Virus record (IMG/VR): IMGVR_UViG_3300010938_000036
Location: 821-64,820 of that record
Reading direction: 5' to 3' (one strand)
DNA from: a virus
Taxonomy: Duplodnaviria; Caudoviricetes
DNA: 64,000 nucleotides
Part shown: positions 9,291 to 17,691 of the stretch, one piece after another
Layout: every line of letters begins with the position of its first letter
Numbering within the stretch: position 1 is the first letter of the stretch
Translations under genes and position numbers: made by a program
The notes under the pieces: model-generated
The model's database searches: none
What the model was told of the DNA's origin: nothing
Seen by the model: only the letters and a program-made list of their open reading frames with translations

Positions 9291-9872
9291 ATGGGCAAGA
9301 ATTTTAATGATATTATTCGTGATTTAGATTGGTGCGCTGAAACCTTAGAGAGGAAGGGATTACAGCGATTTGCGGAGGAAATTGATAAAATAACTGCGAT
9401 GATTGAGGATGGAGCGCCTGAAGAGGAAGTGGCAAACAATATTTTACGAGTTTCAGATATGATAAGTGAAGCAGAATTGATAAGCGCAAAGAAAGAGGAA
9501 GAGGAAGAAGAAGAGAAAGAGGAGAAGGAGGAGAAAAAGGCAAAGAAGGAGGAGGAAGAAGAGGAAGAAGAAGAGAAAGAAAAAGAAGCATCATTTAGGG
9601 AATGGCGTAGAAGGATGTTGGCAAAAAGGCGGCTTAAGGAATTAATGGAAAAAAGGAAAAAGAGGTCTTGGTTGAGAGAGGCAGAACCAGATCCCGAACC
9701 TGAACCTGAACCTGAACCTGAACCGAGAAGGCCTTATGAATATCGTCCTTCGTATGAATATAGACCCTATGAGTATAGACCGTATGAGTATAGACCATAT
9801 GAATATAGACCAACAACTGCAATGAGTCCTACTGCAAGAAGGATTAGAAGACGTAAATTAGATGAAGATTAG
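9291..9872 (+). CDS. Low-complexity putative internal head protein
   Basis: GGAGG RBS; poly-E/K tract, (PE)n and (YEYRP)x5. Confidence 0.6.
   Translation: MGKNFNDIIRDLDWCAETLERKGLQRFAEEIDKITAMIEDGAPEEEVANNILRVSDMISEAELISAKKEEEEEEEKEEKEEKKAKKEEEEEEEEEKEKEASFREWRRRMLAKRRLKELMEKRKKRSWLREAEPDPEPEPEPEPEPRRPYEYRPSYEYRPYEYRPYEYRPYEYRPTTAMSPTARRIRRRKLDED
9684..9812 (+). repeat. Coding tandem repeats: GAACCT-type hexamers (9684-9725) and five TATGARTATMGWCCN 15-mers (9735-9812)
   Basis: Read directly; the 15-mer units differ only synonymously. Confidence 0.9.
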
Positions 9873-10209
9873 AATAGACGGGCAGGAGGAGAAAGAAATC
9901 CTCCTGTCCGATTTATTGGAAAAATTTATTATGATGAATTCGAAGGATGCGTTATTAAAAGAGGTGCAATTTAATCCATTTTTTCTTTATACTTTAAAAC
10001 ATGAGTTTCCTGATTTACAAAAGAAGGGTTTTATAATTACAGTAATAGAAACATTATCACCTGAAGGTCGGTTTGTTTCTGGTAGTATAAAGAAAAAAGA
10101 ATATACATTAGATTTAGGAACAGTAAAAATATCGGAGAAAGGAATTGAACCTATTTCAGGATTAAGACCTTACACTGATTTGGTAGAATTTGTAAGGTTA
10201 CATGAATAA
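9862..10209 (+). CDS. Hypothetical protein (real start possibly ATG 9931)
   Basis: ORF track; the 5' part overlaps the hairpin. Confidence 0.5.
   Translation: MKIRIDGQEEKEILLSDLLEKFIMMNSKDALLKEVQFNPFFLYTLKHEFPDLQKKGFIITVIETLSPEGRFVSGSIKKKEYTLDLGTVKISEKGIEPISGLRPYTDLVEFVRLHE
9879..9917 (+). terminator. Probable intrinsic terminator or processing hairpin after the capsid module
   Basis: 12-bp stem CGGGCAGGAGGA/TCCTCCTGTCCG with one G-U, 8-nt loop, followed by ATTTATT. Confidence 0.55.
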
Positions 10210-10231
10210 AATTAAATTAGGAGGTGTTTTT

Positions 10232-10918
10232 ATGCCGACAAAATCAGTAAATTTAGGAGAATTTGGAGAAGAGGAGGTAAAGGAGGAGGTTAGAGAGGAA
10301 AGGGTTAAGAATATGCCTACTTTGCAGGATTTGTTTGCATCGAATAAGCGGATCTGGGTAGTAAATAGAACAAAGGAGGTATTAGGAACGCCGATGTATT
10401 TGATTTTGGATTTAGGCGGGCGGAGATCTGAACCAATACCACCTGGTCCTGAACCTTATTGTTTATCAGATAAGATTTCAAAAAAGCGGTTAGAGGAATG
10501 TGATGATTTGTTTAGACTGATTGACAGGAATGTTTTACAATTGGTTTCAGAGGAGGAAGCACAGGCATTTTATAAATCTAATCCTGATGCAAAAAAGCGG
10601 ATTGAGGCAAAATTGAAATCATTTAGTTATACAACGGAAGGTGGCTCAGTTCGTGGCTTTAAGGACTTGTTGGGTAAAAATGTATTTAAACAATTCCAGA
10701 ATGTGGCGGTTTCATCAGAAAAGGAAATTGTATCTGGTGTAAAGAAAAAGGTTTCACCGAGATTGCAATGGATTATACAGGGATATGAGGATGGCGTTCT
10801 GGACGCTGCAAAATTTAAAGATGAATTATCAGCGATTTTAAGTGAATTGACAGAAGTTGATTTATTATATATAAGACAGCATGATAAAGCGCAGAAGATT
10901 TTTGAACAGTTGAAATAG
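10232..10918 (+). CDS. Hypothetical protein, head/neck region
   Basis: GGAGG 7 nt before ATG 10232; ORF track start is 10202. Confidence 0.6.
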   Translation: MPTKSVNLGEFGEEEVKEEVREERVKNMPTLQDLFASNKRIWVVNRTKEVLGTPMYLILDLGGRRSEPIPPGPEPYCLSDKISKKRLEECDDLFRLIDRNVLQLVSEEEAQAFYKSNPDAKKRIEAKLKSFSYTTEGGSVRGFKDLLGKNVFKQFQNVAVSSEKEIVSGVKKKVSPRLQWIIQGYEDGVLDAAKFKDELSAILSELTEVDLLYIRQHDKAQKIFEQLK

Positions 10919-10920
10919 AT

Positions 10921-11514
10921 ATGGCAGAGGTTTTTGGTATAAGGACAGACAATCTTTATTGGGTTGGTGACCCTAAACGGTTTGAATTTAAGGGTTACCA
11001 GATAGATATAGATGGTGCAAAAAATTTATGGAATTCATTTAAAGGTAAAACTAAAGAAGAAAAATTAACAGATTGTCTGTCCTTTGCCAAAAATTTAGGA
11101 TTATCAGCAAGGAATTTTTGTGGAAAAATATTTTTAATGGTTTTTAATGAATTTCCAGGATATATTCTTTCAGAGGTAGAGGATATTGAGAAGGGTAGAG
11201 CATTTAAATTGTTTCATGAATTTGTTAATGATTTCTGTGAACAGCAAATTAAGAGTCCTTTGCCAGAAAAATTTTATGAACAAACTTTTTATATGACCTA
11301 TAATGATTTTATAATGAGACTTAAGAATTTATTGGACATAGCACAAGATGAGAATGAACTGGTTATTGGACTTAATTCTATTTGTCCAGACTTTGGTCAA
11401 TTTTTATTTTCAAGATGGTTAGAAAGGCAAAGAAAAATACCAGGTGTTGAAGATTTAGTTAAGAAGGCACAACTTTTGAAAACCAGATTAGTAAATTATA
11501 TTAATGGAGGTTAG
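10921..11514 (+). CDS. Hypothetical protein
   Basis: 197-aa ORF, tightly packed with neighbours. Confidence 0.6.
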   Translation: MAEVFGIRTDNLYWVGDPKRFEFKGYQIDIDGAKNLWNSFKGKTKEEKLTDCLSFAKNLGLSARNFCGKIFLMVFNEFPGYILSEVEDIEKGRAFKLFHEFVNDFCEQQIKSPLPEKFYEQTFYMTYNDFIMRLKNLLDIAQDENELVIGLNSICPDFGQFLFSRWLERQRKIPGVEDLVKKAQLLKTRLVNYINGG

Positions 11515-11515
11515 G

Positions 11516-11734
11516 ATGAGAACTTCTGAATTGGCATTGGCTGCATATTTACAAATTAAAGGACATAAGATTGAAGAAATCATCAATGAAAATGGACAGG
11601 CTTTTTTTATATTTAAGGATAATGATGGGATTAAAAAGGATGTAGTAGAGTATTCAAATTCTGATTTTGCAAGATTTGAATCTGCAATCCGAGCATTGCG
11701 GAAAATTGTTTATACTATGGTAAAAACAAGGTAG
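11516..11734 (+). CDS. DUF5659-like small phage protein
   Basis: RTSELALAAYLQIKG...AFFIF pattern; GGAGG before ATG 11516. Confidence 0.55.
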   Translation: MRTSELALAAYLQIKGHKIEEIINENGQAFFIFKDNDGIKKDVVEYSNSDFARFESAIRALRKIVYTMVKTR

Positions 11735-11737
11735 GGA

Positions 11738-12607
11738 ATGTGGGATATTACAAAAGATGTTGATATTGTTCCAAAGGATTTTGATGTATGGTTACCTTTT
11801 GAGGTAGTTAATTCTCAAACAGGGGAAAGGTATGATTTTAGTGATTGGACTATTAAACTTTATGGATTAGCAGATAAGTTAATTTCTGAAGATAAAACAT
11901 TAATCCAAAAAATAGAACCTTATAAGTTTCAATTTCATTATATACCATCCTTATTTCAGAATGAATATGAATTGTTTTTGATTTTTTATGGTGATATAAT
12001 TAATTCGTCAGAGAAGCATTTTTATAATCGTTTAATAAAGCCAGTTACACCTACTGTTTTGCGTAATATTGTTGTTTTGAGAAATCAAATTGATAAGGCA
12101 TTGAAATCAGTTCATAAAGCCGCTGATGATTTACAATATTTTGATAATAAAGAAGCACTTGATTCTACATGGCAGGATTTCCCTTTTGGGTACACTGATC
12201 AGCATTGTGTTTTATATTTGGAGTTAGGATTAGGTATGATTAATGTTACTGCACCTTATACTAATTTTACTTTATATAATTTCCCTTATGCCTATGCTTC
12301 AAATATTTTGATTGATGCTGCTACAATAGTGGCATTAGAAGCGCAGGGTATTTTTTCTATTGATACAGATTATGATTTTTCTTTGGGTGGGAAGTCTTTT
12401 ACTATCAGGCATTTTGGGGACATTTCTGCTTTTATAAGAGATATTAATGATAGGTTCCAACAGAATTTAAAAATTTTTAAATCAGCATTTAGAACCAAGG
12501 GAACTACTTTATTACAACAACCGTATGGTATTGTCGGATTTAGATTAATCCAATTAGCGCCAACTTGGCTTGCAAGATTTGGTATTGGTGTTTCTAAATG
12601 GATTTAG
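11738..12607 (+). CDS. Probable head-tail adaptor/neck protein
   Basis: Position between head and sheath genes; GYTDQH...INVTAPYTNFT...DFSLGGKSFTI. Confidence 0.5.
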   Translation: MWDITKDVDIVPKDFDVWLPFEVVNSQTGERYDFSDWTIKLYGLADKLISEDKTLIQKIEPYKFQFHYIPSLFQNEYELFLIFYGDIINSSEKHFYNRLIKPVTPTVLRNIVVLRNQIDKALKSVHKAADDLQYFDNKEALDSTWQDFPFGYTDQHCVLYLELGLGMINVTAPYTNFTLYNFPYAYASNILIDAATIVALEAQGIFSIDTDYDFSLGGKSFTIRHFGDISAFIRDINDRFQQNLKIFKSAFRTKGTTLLQQPYGIVGFRLIQLAPTWLARFGIGVSKWI

Positions 12608-12616
12608 GGTGGTGTT

Positions 12617-13531
12617 ATGAGTTTATTGTGGACGCCGATATGGAAAAAACTCTTTGCAACGAGAGCAATTCCGTTAGCGTTGAAACAGAATTACCGGTTG
12701 CTTGAAATTGTAGGAGAACCAGTTTATTTATTAATGCGTATCAGAAAATCAGATAAATTTGATATAGAACCTAAAGTTAAAATTTTTAATAAAACAAATT
12801 TGATACAGGAAGGGAATTTTTGTTATTTAGTTTTATGGAAAAAGGGAGTTAATTTAGATCAGGATTATCCTGATGTTCGTGATATTATAATAGAGAAGGG
12901 TTCTAATTCTAATTTTATTTTAATGCAAAATGTTTCTTTGCCTGAATTTTTAACTGATGTAGATTTTTATTTTACTAAAGTTATAAGGAATAATGCTGAA
13001 CTTAATATTGAACATGAAGTTAGAATATATTTCCATCAAAATTTATTAAATACAAATGATGAGTTTCATATCAAGTTTTTTACTATTCATCCTGATTTTA
13101 GTGAAGTTTATAATCAGTCTATGACCTATTCGTCATCTGCGTTGTCTTTATATGGATGGAGATTAGCGCAATGGCGGGGTTGTTATTATAGAGATAAATT
13201 TATTCATAATGCATTTTTAGTTGCTATGCCTGATTTATTAAGGGATTTAAATTTATCCAGTTCTGGGTTTATGGTGTCATCTGAATATTCTTTATGGGCT
13301 TCTCCGCCGCCCTTTGCACCATTGTTAAGAGAACATGATATAATTGTTCGTCTAAATGGATTGCGTTATGAAATACGGGATATGACATATAATATGTTAC
13401 AGAATATGTTATTACAACAAGAATTTAAAATTGGTGAAATAGAACCTTCACATCCTGTTTATAATATACCTGTAGATACAGTGGCTAAGACCTTGAAAGG
13501 ATTTCCGAATAAGATTTATACAGGGGCTTAA
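12617..13531 (+). CDS. Probable head-closure/neck protein
   Basis: Position; C-terminal PLLREHDIIVRLNGLRYEI beta-barrel-like segment. Confidence 0.45.
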   Translation: MSLLWTPIWKKLFATRAIPLALKQNYRLLEIVGEPVYLLMRIRKSDKFDIEPKVKIFNKTNLIQEGNFCYLVLWKKGVNLDQDYPDVRDIIIEKGSNSNFILMQNVSLPEFLTDVDFYFTKVIRNNAELNIEHEVRIYFHQNLLNTNDEFHIKFFTIHPDFSEVYNQSMTYSSSALSLYGWRLAQWRGCYYRDKFIHNAFLVAMPDLLRDLNLSSSGFMVSSEYSLWASPPPFAPLLREHDIIVRLNGLRYEIRDMTYNMLQNMLLQQEFKIGEIEPSHPVYNIPVDTVAKTLKGFPNKIYTGA

Positions 13532-13533
13532 AA

Positions 13534-13740
13534 ATGGATGAATTTAGAAGAATTTTTGAAAGTTTAAATAAAAAGATTAAGGATAGAATTTTATTATGGG
13601 TTTCAAAACGGTTTGGAATTGAGTTGACAAAAATTAAAATAATTGATACATCAGAGGGATATAAGATTAGTATTGGTTCTTATTATAGACAGAATGAATT
13701 ATTTGAATCAAATATAAAGAAAAAGATAAGGGCTGGTTAA
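13534..13740 (+). CDS. Hypothetical protein
   Basis: 68-aa coupled ORF. Confidence 0.5.
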   Translation: MDEFRRIFESLNKKIKDRILLWVSKRFGIELTKIKIIDTSEGYKISIGSYYRQNELFESNIKKKIRAG

Positions 13741-14339
13741 TGTATTTTGCTTTAAAAAAATATATTTTAGAGCAATTTGTGCATTACACAGATGCATTGT
13801 GTAAGGCTGTTAAGGATGGTAGAATACAACCCAAGGATATGGAAGGGAATATAATGAAAATTCCCTCAGAAGTAAAGGTTTATACTATTGATGCTTGGAC
13901 ACCACGAGTTTATCCTGCTATAACTTTGGATGTAGATTCAATTCGTATGGAATTATCCGGTATAGATAGAGGATTTGCGATGGAACAACGATCAGAAAAT
14001 AATCCTGCGGAAAAGGTTTTTGTTTATCTGGCTACCGTTGGACTTGCATTGGCTTGTTTTGGTAGAACATTAGAAGAAAGAGATATTTTATCTGATTTAA
14101 TGTTATTTTTTTATACAAGAAAGGATGTCTATGATTTTTTATTGTCCAGAAGGATAAGAATTTCTACACCTGCTAATATTAGAACTTATGGAGAGGAAAC
14201 ACCGCCTGGACAGGATTTTAAAATTTATTATGCAGGATTATCATTAGAATTAAATACAGAATGTATTATACAGGAAATTAGTAATGTTCCGACCATTGGA
14301 GATGTAATTGCTGAAGTAGAGGATCCAGTTAAAATTTAA
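13740..14339 (+). CDS. Probable tail completion/terminator protein
   Basis: YPAITL and RTLEERDILSD motifs; immediately upstream of the sheath gene. Confidence 0.5.
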   Translation: MYFALKKYILEQFVHYTDALCKAVKDGRIQPKDMEGNIMKIPSEVKVYTIDAWTPRVYPAITLDVDSIRMELSGIDRGFAMEQRSENNPAEKVFVYLATVGLALACFGRTLEERDILSDLMLFFYTRKDVYDFLLSRRIRISTPANIRTYGEETPPGQDFKIYYAGLSLELNTECIIQEISNVPTIGDVIAEVEDPVKI

Positions 14340-14340
14340 T

Positions 14341-14369
14341 TTGACTTTTAAAATTTTTTTTATTATAAT
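14341..14369 (+). promoter_or_regulatory. sigma70-type promoter upstream of the tail operon
   Basis: TTGACT-N17-TATAAT. Confidence 0.7.
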
Positions 14370-14372
14370 GTT

Positions 14373-14578
14373 AATAGGAGGTTGGAAACAGTTGAGTAAT
14401 TTATTGATAAATGTAGAGATTTCATGTAAGGTAATGGTAGGACTGAGCAGACCGAAAGGATCTCAGTCTAAGAGATTTGTGCCTGGCCGAGGCCATACTG
14501 GTAGAGATACCAGCGATGTTCTCGTTAAGGCGAGGAATTTAGTTGTGGACACTTTTGTCTACAACTAGAAAGGCAGGT
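14373..14578 (+). repeat. Dispersed 206-bp element, copy 1 (RBS + internal promoter + structured RNA)
   Basis: Ungapped match to 58271-58476 with 10 mismatches. Confidence 0.95.
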
Positions 14579-14579
14579 C
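14439..14579 (+). ncRNA. Putative structured RNA (~140 nt), copy 1, family not recognised
   Basis: Starts 7 nt after TTGATA-N17-TAAGGT (14404-14432); stems 14440-47/14462-69, 14480-84/14571-75, 14498-503/14508-13, 14519-25/14530-36, 14540-51/14556-67. Confidence 0.7.
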
Positions 14580-14584
14580 ATTAA

Positions 14585-16342
14585 ATGGCAAATAGATTAC
14601 CAGGTGTGGTTGTAAGAATAGTTCCTGAGATAGGGCAGGTAACAATACCTTTATTTCAAAGGTATGTTTGTATAATAGGTCAGGGAGAACATAGATTATT
14701 GCAATCTAATGAAGAGGTAGTGCGTAGTTCTGTAAACAATTATGATATTTTTTCTAAAAGTTTTGTAGAATTGATAAGAGTTGGATTGGTTCCAGACGCT
14801 TCTGATTTTGTTCAAGGGACACATTTTAATATTTATACGCAGGGCGGACAGAATGTAGGTATTCAATGGAATCCATTAGTTCCTGCTTCTACTAATCAAT
14901 CTTGGTCAATTGCAGAACCTTTTGATTTTACAACAAATAATAAATTAAAAATTAATATAGATGGATTAGGGGATGTTATTATAGATTTATCATCATTGGG
15001 AAATTCTGCTACTGCTGCGCAGGTTGCAAATGTAATTAATACAGCATTGAGTAATGCTTACGGAACAGCATATAATTCTGTAGCACAGTTATTCCCTTCA
15101 CCTACGAATGATAAGGTTCAACTTGTTTCTCCTACAAGTGGAGAAAATTCAAAAATTGTTTTTTATGATATTGCTAATAATGCTTTTGTGGAAATTTGGG
15201 GAAATGGACCTGCACCTAACACCTGGCCCAACGGTATATTAGTATTAACAGGAACAGGTAAACAACCTGCTGCTGGTCAAACTTATTATGTGACTTATCG
15301 TTATAAGGCACCAGATTCAACTTATGAACCTACATTGTATTTTGATTTAAAACCTATTTATAATGAACATGGAAGTAGATTTCTTGCTAATCCATCTAAC
15401 CCAACTCAGATTAATGAAATTGTTTTGATGGCAGAAATGGCATTTCAGGATTTGCCTGAGAGAATACCTGGAATTGTAGTTGCTCAATTGGATTTAAGAA
15501 ATGCAGTTAATCCTTATGAACCTACACCATTGGAATTGCGAGATGCTTATATTGCAATGTTGGAGAAGTTGGAAAGGGTAACAGAAGGGAAATTATATTT
15601 AGTTTTAAATACGACTGATAGCCAAGTTTTGGATGAATATTTTAATCATGTAAGGACGATGAGTCAACCAGAAATTAAGGCAGAAAGGATGTTATGTATA
15701 ACGATGCCTCCTGGTAGTTCAATTAATGATTATATAAGTTCAACTGGAGCGCCTCATTATAAATCAGAAAGGGTAATGTTATTTTATCCATCTATGATTT
15801 ATGTAGACAGTGTGGGGCAGGATTTACCAAATTATTATGCGCCTTTGATTTATGCTGCAAGGAAAACTGCGGTTCCTATTGCGACACCTATTAATGTAGA
15901 ACCGTTACCTGGTATTACATTAAAGACAGCACCGACTTATAATGAAAAGAAGATTCTATTGGCGAATGGTGTTGCGGTAGTGGATATTGTTGAAGGGCAG
16001 ACGGTGATTTTACATGGTATAACAACAAGAACAGATTTTGTAATTTATGAGGAAGAAAATGTGGTTGATATTGCTGACTATGTTAAATTTATATGGCGTA
16101 AAAGAATGTTTGAATTATTTAAAAATGCTCCTATAGATGCGCCGACATTAAGGTCAATGGTTACAACTTCTATTGCATTGCTTGATTCTTTGATTAGAGA
16201 TAGGATAATAGCGGATTACAAGAATATTCAAGCGGTTCAGGATAATGTTGAGCCGAGAATGGTAAGAATGCGTGGTAAGGTAAAACCTATGTTTCATGTA
16301 TTGTATATGGACATAGAATTTACATTTTCAACAACCTTATAA
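14585..16342 (+). CDS. Contractile tail sheath protein
   Basis: N-terminal RLPGVVVR; C-terminal LLANGVAVV...GITT...EENVVDIADYV...IIADYKNI...KPMFHVLYMDIEF. Confidence 0.85.
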   Translation: MANRLPGVVVRIVPEIGQVTIPLFQRYVCIIGQGEHRLLQSNEEVVRSSVNNYDIFSKSFVELIRVGLVPDASDFVQGTHFNIYTQGGQNVGIQWNPLVPASTNQSWSIAEPFDFTTNNKLKINIDGLGDVIIDLSSLGNSATAAQVANVINTALSNAYGTAYNSVAQLFPSPTNDKVQLVSPTSGENSKIVFYDIANNAFVEIWGNGPAPNTWPNGILVLTGTGKQPAAGQTYYVTYRYKAPDSTYEPTLYFDLKPIYNEHGSRFLANPSNPTQINEIVLMAEMAFQDLPERIPGIVVAQLDLRNAVNPYEPTPLELRDAYIAMLEKLERVTEGKLYLVLNTTDSQVLDEYFNHVRTMSQPEIKAERMLCITMPPGSSINDYISSTGAPHYKSERVMLFYPSMIYVDSVGQDLPNYYAPLIYAARKTAVPIATPINVEPLPGITLKTAPTYNEKKILLANGVAVVDIVEGQTVILHGITTRTDFVIYEEENVVDIADYVKFIWRKRMFELFKNAPIDAPTLRSMVTTSIALLDSLIRDRIIADYKNIQAVQDNVEPRMVRMRGKVKPMFHVLYMDIEFTFSTTL

Positions 16343-16354
16343 GGAGGTGATAGT

Positions 16355-16795
16355 ATGATAATTCCAGATACGCAGTCGAGAGTTTTTTATTCGTATACGA
16401 TTAAAATGAATGGACAATCGGTAGGAACTTTACAGGAATTTAGTCCGAGTTCAAGGAAGACGGTAGAGAGGGTCAGGGAGATTTCAGTACAGCAAGGAAC
16501 CAGAGTGATTGAGATTGTTCCTGGTGTAGTTGATTTTTCTGTTACTGTAAGTAAGATAATGTTATATAAGAAAAGACTTTTTGAAGCGCTTGGATTTGAA
16601 GTAGGAAGTTTAGAAGATTTAAATGTTCCATTTACTATTGAGGAAGAATGTAGTTTTCCAGATGGACGTAAGGAGACAATAATTTATAATGGATGTCAGT
16701 TTGAAAGTGTGGATTATACTATTAGTTTGAGAGAAACATTAGTGACTGAAAGGGCAACAATTCAGGTTGCTTATGTAACAAAGAGGATTGAATAA
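16355..16795 (+). CDS. Tail tube protein
   Basis: 146 aa directly after sheath; gp19-like beta pattern (VGTLQEFSP, EIVPG, PFTIEE, YNGCQF). Confidence 0.75.
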   Translation: MIIPDTQSRVFYSYTIKMNGQSVGTLQEFSPSSRKTVERVREISVQQGTRVIEIVPGVVDFSVTVSKIMLYKKRLFEALGFEVGSLEDLNVPFTIEEECSFPDGRKETIIYNGCQFESVDYTISLRETLVTERATIQVAYVTKRIE

Positions 16796-16862
16796 TTTAA
16801 ATTTCAGGGTTTTCTAACCCGCGATACATCTTATTTAAATCTTAAAAATTAGGAGATTTTAA

Positions 16863-17435
16863 ATGGAACAGGGTGCTTCTGTTCAGAATAATATTAAGAA
16901 TGACCAGGAGAAACAGGATTTAAAAGTTAATTCTGTTCTGGAAGATATTTTAGATTTTAAGAAAAATTTTCGTAATATAGATTTCAATAATCTTTTATTT
17001 ACAGGATATGTTCGTTCAGGGGATATAGAAGTTTTAGAAGGGTTGCGAATTGATTGCAGGACGCTTACATTGGAAGAATTAATGCAATGTGCAGAGGTGG
17101 CGGTAAAATACAAATCGCAGGATGCTCAGAATAAAGCATATATGGTAGAGTATTTGATGTATTCAATTATTACGATTAATGGTAAGTCTTTAGTAATGGA
17201 TTTCAATGAATTAAGATACTGGCGTGATAAGTATAAAAGAGATCCAACATTAGAGGAGCAGGCAAGGTGGGTTTTATTAAATAAGGTGCCTCCATTTTTG
17301 CTGGATTTATTATATATTATTGTTCAAAAATTTAGAATGGATTTTGATTTTGTATTTTTGCAGCAGATAGATGAAAGGATTAAAAAAATTGTAGAAGCAA
17401 GACAAAAAATGGATGGAGAGAAGAATGAAACTTGA
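16863..17435 (+). CDS. Tail assembly chaperone
   Basis: Between tube and tape measure; RTLTLEE, YSIITING. Confidence 0.55.
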   Translation: MEQGASVQNNIKNDQEKQDLKVNSVLEDILDFKKNFRNIDFNNLLFTGYVRSGDIEVLEGLRIDCRTLTLEELMQCAEVAVKYKSQDAQNKAYMVEYLMYSIITINGKSLVMDFNELRYWRDKYKRDPTLEEQARWVLLNKVPPFLLDLLYIIVQKFRMDFDFVFLQQIDERIKKIVEARQKMDGEKNET

Positions 17436-17691
17436 TTTACCTGATTTTTTTCAATATATAGTTTTAGAGGTGATGTGGGGATTTGGTTTTACTCTGGAAC
17501 AAATTAAAAAATTTTCTATTTATCAAATTTTTTTATTATATGTTCATTTACTTGAAAAGGAAAATCTCGAATGGATGAAATTTGAATCATTAAAGATGAT
17601 TTTACGGCCAGAACTTTATTCGCATTTAGCAGGTGAAAGGAGGATAAATGAGAAGTTTGATATAATGACACAGGAGTTTTTGAATGCCTGA
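17413..17691 (+). CDS. Second tail assembly chaperone-like ORF
   Basis: Small ORF directly before the tape measure gene. Confidence 0.45.
   Translation: MERRMKLDLPDFFQYIVLEVMWGFGFTLEQIKKFSIYQIFLLYVHLLEKENLEWMKFESLKMILRPELYSHLAGERRINEKFDIMTQEFLNA

Noticed and set aside
9735-9812. Possible mini CRISPR or guide array
   Set aside because: 15-bp in-frame units with no spacers and only synonymous variation; a coding repeat. No cas genes seen.
14341-14568. 75-aa ORF from the track as an ordinary protein-coding gene
   Set aside because: Its TTG start is the -35 box of a promoter, and differences between the two copies are mostly non-synonymous but RNA-structure-preserving. Kept only as a possible uORF.
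14439-14579. Hammerhead ribozyme, group I/II intron, tRNA or HEARO/omega-RNA identity for the repeat
   Set aside because: CUGAGCA..CCGAAAGG only superficially resembles CUGAUGA..GAAA. I see no group I P7 or group II domain V motif, no cloverleaf with a T-loop, and no adjacent IscB. A covariance-model search is needed to exclude these formally.
17378-17435. Classic -1 frameshift between the tail assembly chaperones
   Set aside because: The second ORF is in the +1 (-2) frame, a TAG in that frame follows the A7 run, and the ORF has its own ATGs. Only a weak CAAAAAAT site remains.
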